A stretch of DNA of 35,877 bases from a virus (lineage: Duplodnaviria > Caudoviricetes), in IMG/VR virus record IMGVR_UViG_3300025458_000009, positions 1-35,877 of that record; one strand, given 5' to 3'. Every line of letters begins with the position of its first letter. Positions within the stretch are counted from its first letter, which is position 1. Below, in pieces: positions 24,901 to 34,000 of the stretch. The notes beneath the pieces were generated by a model. The model saw nothing but the letters and a program-made list of their open reading frames with translations. It searched no databases and was not told the DNA's origin. The position numbers were made by a program, and so were the translations under genes.

Positions 24901-27216
24901 GCTCCCCTGGACTATGCCCTCACCCTCAAGCGGGCGGAGCAGCGCTCCTTGAACGTGGACGACCCGGACGACAAGAAAAAGAAGGCGGCCCTGAAGCGTC
25001 AGAAGGCGCTCAAGAAAGAGATCACCGCCATCGAGACCAAGCTCAAGAAGATCGACGTGGCTTACGACCAGGCCGCCCGGGCCTACGGGGACAAGATCGG
25101 GGACAGCACGAAGACAGGGGTTGACGACCTGTTGAAGCTCGTCCGTAGCGTCGGCAAGGGCTACCTGACAGACCCGCAGTTTGGTGGCCAGAGCATGGGG
25201 GATTCCACCTCCACGACCAACCTCCTCGACATGTTGGGCGACAAGAAGGCGGTCTTTACGAACGGCCAGTTGCCGGGTTCCTACCGCTACTACTCTGCAT
25301 CGCACCCGGACCCGCAGCACCAGGGCCAGATGGAGCCCAGTTTCCACGTCAAGAAGGCTCAGGACGAGCAGGCTCTCAAGTTCAAGGCCGCCTACCTGGA
25401 GTCTATCTGGCAGGGAGAAGAGGTCACGGGCTATGTGGATCCCCCACAGGCACGGGCCGGTACGAAGCAGCCGGAGGCCGAGTTCGGCATTGTCCGGCCT
25501 ACACGGGGCATCCGTGTCCTGACAAACAACCCGGTCGCCCCGCAGGGTGAAGTTGTGCCCACGAGCGAGGTCCGGGAGTTGATGTTCGCCACGCACGACG
25601 TGGCTCACGTCCGCAAGGCTACCAGCACGAAGAAGCGGGCTGAGAGGTTCGAGTGGACGAACACGATGCAGACGGCCTTGCAGAACCAGGCCACGAACAA
25701 CAAGGACTCGCAGACGACCCGGACCACAGTCGGGGACGTGTTCACGGACTGGTTCAACGCCACGATCCGGGACAGTTGGGTCCCTACGTCCACGGAGGCC
25801 GCACAAGCAGAGTTGTATGACGCTGTGCCGGGGTCCGAGACCGCTCCAAACTTCCCGACGCTGATCGCCCCTGAGTCCATCACGATTCTGGGATCCGCCA
25901 TCGACGTAGACGAGGTCATAGATGACCATCAGTTCAGCGGGGCCGGGGACCAGGAGGGCACAGCCCTGTACCCGGGAGCCCCTAAGGACTCCTTGGACAC
26001 CTTCTGGAACAAGGCCGCCAAAGCCTATGGGACGGCCATCTGGGGCCTCTTGGTGGTGGCACGGGGGCAGTGGGAGAACGATATGGAGGCTCAGGGGTTC
26101 TCCATTGAGGATCGCTTGACCGTCCTGACCGCTTTCACGACGGCTTTCAACAGTAAGATCGGGGCAAAGTCCCCGCCGACGCCCAAGAAGAAGGGCAGCC
26201 CGAAGGCGTTGCCTGGTTCCTTGCGGAAGATGATGCAGTCCCCGGTGTTCCCTGTGTCCGATGCCTCTGGTTACGAGGTCATCGGCTCCTACCGTTACGG
26301 CAGGGACCTGGACATCGCCCCTGACGGTGCGTGGGCAGCCCTGGCAGAGCAGGACCCCTTGCAGTTCCTCAGTTCCGCTATGGTCGCCCAGGTTGTCGAC
26401 GTCCTGGTGAAGGGCAAGAAGCTCTACGAGGACGATGTGACCATCCTCAAGGACGGCACGAAGAAGGTCGTCCGCAAGGAGATCGGCGGGTCGACCGCAG
26501 CCACTGAGGTGGAGCGCCGTGTCCTGGCGCAGTTGCGGGCCCAGTTGACGGACGAGCAGATCCTGGACCTGGGCTTTGCCATCAAGACGGGCGACCCGAA
26601 CGTCCTCCAGTTGAACATGGCCAACTTCCTGGCCTCCAAGGCCAAGGACGGGGTCATGAAGCTCCCCGTTCAGAACGCTGCCCTCTCTCTGGCCGATCTG
26701 AACCTCCAGGTAGGGCAGAACGTCTGCGGTTGCCGCATGGCCTCGGCGGACGTGCTCCTGGCTGCCGCCGGTCAGGAACAGTTCGTACAGTTCATCGAGC
26801 CGGGTGTCATGGTTCCGCAGGGGTACGGTGATGGGACGCAGGACAAGGCTACTCAGTGGCTAATCTCCACGGCGGCGCAGTCCTCTGTGGACTGGCAACT
26901 CTCACAGGACGCTCTTCGGGGAGTCCTGCCGGACAGGTCCCCCGTCAGCCTCCTGGAGACCATCCAGAACCTCGGCGACCAGTTTGCGGAGGGGCAGGCT
27001 AACGTGGACAGGGCTGTTGAGGACGTGAAAACGGCTGCCAGTGCGGTAAAGCAGGCGGGCCTGGACGTAGGGGAGCACGCCAAGGACGCCTTCTACGATA
27101 GTTGGAGAGAAGGGGACACCCCGGAGCAGTTCAACGCTGAGGTTGAGGAGATCCGAAAGCAACAGGCAGCCAAGGCCGCCCAACCTGGCGGTGCTGATGA
27201 AGAGAGGGAACGCTGA
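21988..27216 (+). CDS. Baseplate hub protein (gp27/gpD-like) with inserted M15-type metallopeptidase domain
   Basis: GTG start with SD GGAGG. Hub motifs HVFHGVVTQV...ISVQCASMLHF, FEFFQDVDGDFVFKPPMYN, ASVTIPLRPELRPGYPV. LAS-type SYR...SNHGTGAATD...HYDYR at ~22560-22785. Confidence 0.75.
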   Translation: MGIEHRPYVGTWQMEGRKLVQHTPDALVYINGDLTIPGCPKCNGRIDIQKFVTEVSVDGGTEPGAASASFTMSVPFATNESLFRDARALIRPGLEVTVYERGYFPVKGLYSNLGDPRNLENPPEGGGFDASGQVLVEQATLDEDMIAKWKGRGMDALDQGGSVGESAVYSAAAMEVVEQYWRQKYPAGRVEVRSSYRGGEESNHGTGAATDYVVKTGQGGAEVPPAEVWAGQKKLAADGKIPDGGHGMYVNPKTGRRTSTNHYDYRGSYGFKEGEPSMSWMRIDTNGDGKADMSTERSWGGGTGGAIGWLNTNGMGEQADYFNGAWGSDSGLPGTDGIPSLDQVMSTATEQVDGTMGPPAPVTPTSADFEPSLLEELGLAGQGLEDVLAYPYYHVFHGVVTQVGTARSGPTKTISVQCASMLHFWQYQRVSTNASLFGARPQNSKLKVSLVGHNFTGMHPYEIIYTLHNDVGGAAAGVSWALSQSTNQDASGITGDSLFSLNLKYWEQRFQNRQVKLRLHGASGELFNAAQADWLSRTKSSELTGLMKHRFNPTGGSANKGVMQQSEALGLRSSGLLDALQFSRRSAPGGVDGTYPRFEMNLGEMQAFTADIGNYGQVQLFESTYESKHDIAVAVCEITGFEFFQDVDGDFVFKPPMYNLDTSSSRVYRIEDIDIISINFDEKEPEFTYVTGKGPGFKNTLGTGLEGEWGVQGQYIDYRLVAQFGWRPLDFEVAYFNDSKSLFFASVNRMDIANAAINSASVTIPLRPELRPGYPVFIPYLDCFYYCNSFAHSFSVGGQCTTALQLIGKRAKFYAPGYPNKTGIEAIDLSNTYLPQKPLEVLDGNNSPRLSGFPNVVMALDPTQINPLFFVVGEDIDDIANDFTLQALLNMAVKVGALNTDDPSNPGPKYWIKVDATRNKYFWFEGPSGYAASATSTSKPDGAIDLKAAAEGYEAAQKKITKAVDTKVGEKAPLDYALTLKRAEQRSLNVDDPDDKKKKAALKRQKALKKEITAIETKLKKIDVAYDQAARAYGDKIGDSTKTGVDDLLKLVRSVGKGYLTDPQFGGQSMGDSTSTTNLLDMLGDKKAVFTNGQLPGSYRYYSASHPDPQHQGQMEPSFHVKKAQDEQALKFKAAYLESIWQGEEVTGYVDPPQARAGTKQPEAEFGIVRPTRGIRVLTNNPVAPQGEVVPTSEVRELMFATHDVAHVRKATSTKKRAERFEWTNTMQTALQNQATNNKDSQTTRTTVGDVFTDWFNATIRDSWVPTSTEAAQAELYDAVPGSETAPNFPTLIAPESITILGSAIDVDEVIDDHQFSGAGDQEGTALYPGAPKDSLDTFWNKAAKAYGTAIWGLLVVARGQWENDMEAQGFSIEDRLTVLTAFTTAFNSKIGAKSPPTPKKKGSPKALPGSLRKMMQSPVFPVSDASGYEVIGSYRYGRDLDIAPDGAWAALAEQDPLQFLSSAMVAQVVDVLVKGKKLYEDDVTILKDGTKKVVRKEIGGSTAATEVERRVLAQLRAQLTDEQILDLGFAIKTGDPNVLQLNMANFLASKAKDGVMKLPVQNAALSLADLNLQVGQNVCGCRMASADVLLAAAGQEQFVQFIEPGVMVPQGYGDGTQDKATQWLISTAAQSSVDWQLSQDALRGVLPDRSPVSLLETIQNLGDQFAEGQANVDRAVEDVKTAASAVKQAGLDVGEHAKDAFYDSWREGDTPEQFNAEVEEIRKQQAAKAAQPGGADEERER

Positions 27217-29642
27217 TGGCTGACACGATCACCAGAAGGCGGCCCGTTTCGGTCTTGGACACGGTTTCTCGTGGGTCCATGCTCACGTCGACCGCCAAGG
27301 CCCGAAAGGACAAGGAGAAGGGTCGCCCGGAGTCCAACTGGGGTCTCGGTATCGCCGAGGTCGCCAGCATCGACTACGAGGAGTTCTACGTCACCCTGCG
27401 GACGATCACGGGTACGTCCGACACCTTTGAGCGTGTGCCCGTCCCGATGACCTTCCCGGGTGCCGGTGCCCGCCACTTCCTCGGGGCGATGCCCGAAGTC
27501 GGGGACCTCGCCGTCGTAGACTGGATCGCCGAATCCACCTCCCGCTCTGAGATGACTAAGACCCCGGTCATCGTGGGTTGGGCCGTCCCTGGCGTCTGGC
27601 CGGGGCGTGACTGGCTGACCACGTCGGACTTTGAGATCGACGAGTACGACATGGATGCGCCCAAGGAGCGACAGGCTTCTCCGGCGCTTCGCCGCATCCG
27701 CCACAAGCTCCGGCACATTCAACCTGGCATGATCGTGGGCTCCTCGGCTCAGGGTGCCGACATGGTGCTGGACGAGGGTGTCCTGTTCTCCAACCGCAGG
27801 GGCAACGAGTTCCGTTTGAGGGACCAGGACCAGGCGGCCATCACCCGTGCGCTACAGAAGTTCGACGTGCTGGCCGGTGCTCGTGTCTATGCCGGGATGG
27901 TGCAGCGTGACGCCACCTTCCTCGCCCCGGACATGGTGAGCGACGGCAGGATCTGGGACGGACCTCTCCAGGCTATCGGCAACATGCCGGTCGCCGAGTG
28001 GGACCTCCCGAACGATCTCATGAACAAGGAGGGCTTCCTCACCCCGGCCCGTCCCATGCAGCGGTCAGCCCTCTCAGCCGAGGACGGCTACCTGGGCCGG
28101 ACGGGAATCCAGTACGAAGGTTCCATCGACCCGTACCAGTTCCTCCAGTTGGGCGGGATTGTGGACGAAACCGGGTACGTGGTGGGCGACCGCTTCGTGT
28201 CCGACGCCATCTACGGTGGCAAGTCTCTGTTCAGAGTGGCCTCACAGCGGCAGGACAACGCCGTCCTGGACCCGGACGCTCCGACCCTGACCGAGTACCG
28301 CATCGAGGTCACGCACACCTCTGACGGCAGGCTGCCTGTTTCAGAGCAGACCGACGGTTTCGACTCCGAACGGCTGCCGCAGCAACCTGGCGAGGTGCCC
28401 GGGCCGAACCCCAATGCTCCCTTCATGGAGTTCGTTATGGGGTCCGTTGTGGGCAACGACCCCTACTCTCAGATGGGCCGTTCCATGTACGGGCTGCCCA
28501 TCAAGGCTGTGGTCTTTGATGGGCCAAACGCCAACCCCCGCCTGGAGGCGGCCAACGTCACGGTCGCTGGGTCAGGTGTAAGTCCGACTCCGCTGGGAGA
28601 GCAGGCGGCGTCTCTGTTCCGTATCAACCCGCCGTTGCCGGACGGGGCACCGCAGACCTTTGTGTCCTACAACAAGAAGGGCCAGCTTAAGGCGGCCATC
28701 GGTGGGCCGGTCAACGAGAACTCTGCCGAAGTCTACATGCAGGGCGGCCTCAAGCTGGGCATCGGTGGAGCTTTTGAGTTCCTGCTCCAGGGACACACGC
28801 ACATCGGCACCCTGTCCAAGTCCAGCCTGTTCCTGACGGCGGAGGACGGCGCTGTCCGTATCTTCGGGGCCGGACCTATCCGGGACCAGTCCGCAGAGGT
28901 AGAGCGCACGACGGGAACCGGGAACGGAGAGGGCGACCTTCCCTCCGTGGACATCGAGGCGCTCACTAACATGCGCCTCAAGGCCGGACAGGCCGTGTTC
29001 ATCCAGGGTGACCGCCTTGCGACGAGCACCACCTCTGCCAGTATCAGGGCGCACCAGGACCTGACCCTCGACGGCGTCAAGCGGGTCGCCATCACGACTG
29101 AGCAGTTCCAGAAGACGGTGGCCGCCAAGGCGTCCGAGTCCTACAGCGGCCCGAAGCTGTTCCTTCCCACGTTCGCCCCGTTGCACGAGCGCACCTACAC
29201 GCCGCCTTACCCGGGCATCGTGTGTGAGGCCGTGACCTACGTGTTCGGCGACCGGGAGGAGACCTTCTACCTCGGGAACCACAAGACCACGATGCTCATC
29301 GGCAACATGTCCTATGAGACGAACCTCGGGACGTGGAAAGCCCGGGCGGTCACCTCTCAGATGGAGATGGGACCTACCGGGATCACGGCCTCCGCTCTGG
29401 TCGGGAACGTGTCCATGCAGGCCACAGCAGGCACGCTGACGGTGCAGGGGCTGGCAGGGGCCAACCTGGTAGCTACCGCAGGGCAAGCACAGGTGAGGGG
29501 CGCTACGGGCGTGTACCTGGGCGCTCCTCTGTACGGACCTGACGCTGGCCCCATAATCTGCGCGGGGTCCTTGGAGCCCTTCACGAATCTCCCCTTCGCA
29601 ACTTGGGGTTTGGGAGCTAAGGCTCATGTCATCGGTAGTTAG
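27216..29642 (+). CDS. Central spike protein (gp5/VgrG/gpV-like)
   Basis: N-terminal OB-fold-like AEVASIDYE...GAMPEVGDLAVVDW; C-terminal beta-helix-like small-residue repeats; TGATG coupling to the hub. Confidence 0.7.
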   Translation: MADTITRRRPVSVLDTVSRGSMLTSTAKARKDKEKGRPESNWGLGIAEVASIDYEEFYVTLRTITGTSDTFERVPVPMTFPGAGARHFLGAMPEVGDLAVVDWIAESTSRSEMTKTPVIVGWAVPGVWPGRDWLTTSDFEIDEYDMDAPKERQASPALRRIRHKLRHIQPGMIVGSSAQGADMVLDEGVLFSNRRGNEFRLRDQDQAAITRALQKFDVLAGARVYAGMVQRDATFLAPDMVSDGRIWDGPLQAIGNMPVAEWDLPNDLMNKEGFLTPARPMQRSALSAEDGYLGRTGIQYEGSIDPYQFLQLGGIVDETGYVVGDRFVSDAIYGGKSLFRVASQRQDNAVLDPDAPTLTEYRIEVTHTSDGRLPVSEQTDGFDSERLPQQPGEVPGPNPNAPFMEFVMGSVVGNDPYSQMGRSMYGLPIKAVVFDGPNANPRLEAANVTVAGSGVSPTPLGEQAASLFRINPPLPDGAPQTFVSYNKKGQLKAAIGGPVNENSAEVYMQGGLKLGIGGAFEFLLQGHTHIGTLSKSSLFLTAEDGAVRIFGAGPIRDQSAEVERTTGTGNGEGDLPSVDIEALTNMRLKAGQAVFIQGDRLATSTTSASIRAHQDLTLDGVKRVAITTEQFQKTVAAKASESYSGPKLFLPTFAPLHERTYTPPYPGIVCEAVTYVFGDREETFYLGNHKTTMLIGNMSYETNLGTWKARAVTSQMEMGPTGITASALVGNVSMQATAGTLTVQGLAGANLVATAGQAQVRGATGVYLGAPLYGPDAGPIICAGSLEPFTNLPFATWGLGAKAHVIGS

Positions 29643-30453
29643 GTTATGAGGCTATGCTCCATAGGATAAGTTTGTGGTTGGGGTAAAGATGGGCGCACGA
29701 AAATTCAAAGTAGACGAGATGGTGGGGCAGAAGTTTGGGTTCCTGACACTGAAGGGTCCCGCAGATCCCGTTAAGGGCCGAGCACAGGCGACTTTCCTGT
29801 GTGGTTGTGGGGCTGTTACCGTGAAGGGCCTATCCCGGGTGGTGAGTGGGCACACAAAGAGTTGTGGTTGCGCCAGGGGTGCCTCTTGGAGGGCACTTAC
29901 CTTGGAAGAGATGAGAGGCAAGCGGTTTGGCAGGCTGGTGGTGGTCGGAAGGAATCCTACAGGAACTTCTGTAGGTGGGACTCGTTGGGATTGTCTTTGT
30001 GATTGTGGGAATGGGAAGACAGTGGCCCTTTCAAACCTGCACAATGGCACGACCCAGAGTTGTGGATGTTTTGCATTAGAATCCTCCTCTAGGAACGGGA
30101 AGAAAAGGAAAGGGGTACGAGCGCATAACTGGAAAGGTGTGGGGGATATTTCCGCTTCCTTTTGGGGTCAGATCCTGAATGGTGCTCAGACTCGAAATTT
30201 GGCGTGTACGATCTCACACCAATATGTGTGGGATTTGTTCCTGCAACAAAACAGGAAATGCGCTCTGACAGGGGTTTCTCTTCGATTCCCTCTGATAGGG
30301 GAGCGTTCCGGTACCGCATCCCTTGATAGGGTAGACAGTACGAAGGGGTACGAGGCCGGGAACGTGCAGTGGTTAGACAAGCGTGTTCAGCAAATGAAAT
30401 GGAACTTGAAACAAGAAGAATTCTTGGCTCTTTGCCGTGCTATCACAGAGCAT
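29613..30453 (+). mobile_element. Homing-endonuclease-like insertion (841 bp) at the 3' end of the spike gene
   Basis: Flanked by two versions of the spike C-terminus: GAKAHVIGS* (29613-29642) and GAKGHIVGA* (30454-30483). GGAGC.AAGG repeat at both junctions. AT-richer than its flanks. Confidence 0.75.
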
Positions 30454-30483
30454 GGAGCGAAGGGTCACATTGTGGGGGCGTAA
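29689..30483 (+). CDS. HNH-family (DRID-type) endonuclease with two CxCG...SCGC modules
   Basis: GQKFGFLT..CGCG..TKSCGC and GKRFGRLVV..WDCLCDCGN..TQSCGC repeats; QNRKCALTG...SLDRVDSTKGYEAGNVQW. Start is 29689 (ATG) or 29674 (GTG). Confidence 0.85.
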   Translation: MGARKFKVDEMVGQKFGFLTLKGPADPVKGRAQATFLCGCGAVTVKGLSRVVSGHTKSCGCARGASWRALTLEEMRGKRFGRLVVVGRNPTGTSVGGTRWDCLCDCGNGKTVALSNLHNGTTQSCGCFALESSSRNGKKRKGVRAHNWKGVGDISASFWGQILNGAQTRNLACTISHQYVWDLFLQQNRKCALTGVSLRFPLIGERSGTASLDRVDSTKGYEAGNVQWLDKRVQQMKWNLKQEEFLALCRAITEHGAKGHIVGA

Positions 30484-31091
30484 TGGCATTGGCCCCGCCT
30501 GTCATTCAGAGCGCTCTATTGAGCGTCCGGGCGGCGGCACCGCATCCCTTTGCAGGGATCAACTTTGACCGTTTGGCCTTGGGGATCGGCCTGGCCGTGT
30601 CCCAGTGGGGAGTCGGCCAGCCTCAGAACCTGGCTCTCTTCGGGGCGGCCACGGGACTTGCCGGTGTGGGGGCGATCAACCCGCTCACAACACGGCTGGT
30701 GGTTCCCCCGACGGTGGGTTTGATGCAGAGCGCCCTGGCAGGGGCCGGAATGGTGGGCCCATTGTCACAGAGCCTTGCGGTTGTGGTGACATTGGGGATC
30801 TCACAGGCGTTCTCCACGTCCGGCCAGTACGCAGGGGTTTCCCCGACGGTGGCCGTTGGAGCCGACATTTCCAAGGTCACGGTGGCCAATGGTCCCTCGC
30901 TCATTGGTATCTTGAATGCGAACCTCAGTGCCGTTCTCGGTCCTGGGCCAGCCCTTGGCTTTATGACGACAGGTTTGGGGATGGGGATCGCCTCTTTGCT
31001 GCTCCAGGGAACGGGAGCAGGTCCTGTGACGGGGACTCCGGTTGTCCCTCCCGTCGCGTCTGGCGGGGTAACGAATTCGGTGGTGGTGTAA
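30483..31091 (+). CDS. Hydrophobic Gly/Ala/Val-rich protein (202 aa), candidate spike tip
   Basis: TAATG-coupled start at 30483; only about 6 charged residues; three internal pseudo-repeats; lies at the PAAR/gp5.4 position after the spike. Confidence 0.55.
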   Translation: MALAPPVIQSALLSVRAAAPHPFAGINFDRLALGIGLAVSQWGVGQPQNLALFGAATGLAGVGAINPLTTRLVVPPTVGLMQSALAGAGMVGPLSQSLAVVVTLGISQAFSTSGQYAGVSPTVAVGADISKVTVANGPSLIGILNANLSAVLGPGPALGFMTTGLGMGIASLLLQGTGAGPVTGTPVVPPVASGGVTNSVVV

Positions 31092-31092
31092 G

Positions 31093-34000
31093 ATGGGATT
31101 CTCCTTCGACGGTTTCGTACTACGGCCTCCCCGCATCTCGCCGGTCAACTCCAAGTACACGGGCGAGCCGGACAACGGCGTGATCCGTGTCCCGATGGAA
31201 GTCCCCCCGGTGTACGACATCAGCGGGACTTCGCCGGACTTCATCGACGCTTACGCCGATCAGTACAGGGCCGCCGTCCTGGATGGCCCTGGCTCAAGCC
31301 CGCAGGAGTACCTGTTCTGGGCTCAGAACACGGCGCAGCTTGCTGTGGCCGATGATCCTAGCTGGTGGACGGAACTCGGACAGGGAACCTTCCCGGCTGG
31401 CAGCCTCTCGGTTCTGGACACGACACCGGCTCCACAGAAACCGCCCCTGAAGGGCGCTGGGTGGTTCTATGACGGCACGAGTAGGGTTGTCGTTGCGGAT
31501 GACGGCGGGCGTAGCCTGGGGGCTATCCTGTGGCTTGTGGTGGCCCGTGGGGACGTAGACGACTACGACGATGAGGGCTGGGTAGACCCGGATAACCCTG
31601 CCTCCCCTCGTGCGGGAGATAACCCGTACCTGGCCTTTGAGATCGCCACGGGGGATCAGAACCCTGTGGCTGGGACGGCGGACCTGACAGCGGCGCAGTT
31701 GACGCTGCTGGACGGTGGCCTTTCGCAAGAGCGTGGTGACCAGATCATGGGCGTCCGGTACACGGTCGGCACCGTCAAGATGTGGTGGACCCGCAACGAC
31801 CGCTACGAGACCCGGTTCGGGTGGAGCGACACCACTCAGCGGTGGGAACCCTACAAGGGTTCGTCGCCACGGGACCTGGGGCGGCTGTACCTCGACCAGA
31901 CCTACAAGATGGACCCCAAGGTGGCGAACCTGCCGGTGAACTCGGAGCTTCCGGGTACGTCGGTGGTGGACGCCTACGCCATGATCCGCCTGGGTCCGTC
32001 CCCGAGCCTTGCCCTGCCGGTGGAGGACATCGTTGTCCGGCCCAACACGGAGGTGGCGGGTGGGTTCGACTTCACCGCTTACCCGGACTTCAACGCTGTT
32101 ATGGGGCAGACCAACGGCATCCTGGAGTTCAACCCGAGCTTCGCCGAGCAGCACGCAGGCAAGACGGTCTGGTACTGCTTCAAGACCTTCACAGAGACCG
32201 ATGAGGGCCTCGTGGGGCAGCTTCTGGACGCCCTCACGGATCCTCTGTTCCTTTCGCCGATCCCCGGGCCGACGGACAGGCCCCTGCTTCGGTTGGGGAA
32301 CCGCACGTACCTGACGCCGACGCTCTTGGACACCGACGCTGACCAGGACGCTCACGGGGATCCCGCAGAGGGTGAGGTGTCCGTGTCGCTGTCCACTGGC
32401 CGCATCCGGTTGGCCCCTGGCGACATGGCCAAGTCCGACCCGGACGATGCGGCGGCCTTCGACAAGCATTTCTTCGGCGAGGACGTCATCTATGACGGGG
32501 TGGCCCTCAATCAGGTGCCGCAGCCCACGAAGGCCCCGGTGCAGCTTGTGGACGACGCAGGCGTGCCCTCAACGGCAGGCTCAGGGGACCTGTTCATCCC
32601 GCTGGCGGTGACGCTGCCCAACGACAACTACTCCACCGACCTGACCCGCAGAGGGCTGGGTGTCTCTGGCATCATCAACGCCCCGGACGAGACGGGGGCG
32701 CTTCCCATCTCCCCGGGCACAGTCCCGGGCATCCGGCCTGGTGGCGACACGCTGACAGGCGTTTGGACGGGGATGGTGCGGCAGGTTGAGGACGGTGTCG
32801 GTGACACCATCATCTTCGCCACGCAGAGTGCGGCACAGATCCTTGTCGTAGATCGGGAGCAGGATCTCCCTGATCGATCCTACAAGGTGGCGAAGGGGAC
32901 GGCTTACGTGTCCCGGCAGGCCCACGGTGCGGGCACACTGTCCAAGGTCCAGTTGAGCCGTGACGACTTGCGGGACTGGGACGGCGAGGCCGTCTACTTC
33001 TTGCAGGCGTCGCTGACGCCCGCCACGTACACGAGGCTGCCCCGTGTGCTTTCCCGGAACCGGGATCTGTTCCGGTTCGATGGCACCGAGATCCTGTACT
33101 TCAACGTCGACACCGTTGACTACACCTGGCTGGCCTCGGCCCTTCCGGCGGCGTCCTTCTACACGCCGGATCAGGTAGCGGCGAGCATCAACACGGCGAT
33201 CACCGGCACGGGTAGCGCCTACGCCTTGAATGGCCGCCTCGTCATCGAGGGCGACGACACTGTGGAGATCGGCTGGGGCACCGCCACGGACAAGGATCTC
33301 TCCGGGGCAGCCATCCTGGGCTTCATGCCTGGTTGGCGTGTCCAGGGCGGCACCACCAACTGGCTGACGGACTCCGGGGTCTCCTTGGGGCTCAACCGCA
33401 GCCCGGTGAACATGGCGAGGACGAACGCCACGCCGGACCTGGCCGCATCTGACAGGATGGAGGACAGGACACTCACAAAGAACATCCAGGCGACACCGTT
33501 CTTTTTCTTGGACGCTCCGCCCTTGCAGGACGTGGCCGGGATCGATGACGGGGTGTTCTTCAACCTCCAGTCCATGATCACTGAGGGAGAGAGCGTCACC
33601 ATCGTGAACCGCCCTCTCCAGCACTACTCCGACATCATCCACCGCTTCGGGCAGCGGAAGTTCGACTGGGTGGATGACGACTCCATCGAGGGCAACGTGG
33701 AGAGGTCCACGTCCGTTCTCGGGTTCGGGTTCAGCAACATCGTGCCTGAGTCGATGCTTGGCGCACCTGGCATCGGCGGTGGGTTCCTGATCTCCCCCGA
33801 CGGGGGCCCCTCTGTGTTCCAAGACTCAGACACAGATTACGTGCTCCCGGACGACGGCATCTCCGGGCAGGCCATCCTGGTGGAACGGTTCGGAGCCCGT
33901 GCCATGTCGGGCGCTCAGGGCGCTATGACGGCGGGGAGCACCACGTTCTCAGACCCCGACGGGGACTTCACGAACGTGCAGCCTGGATACCGCCTGAAGG

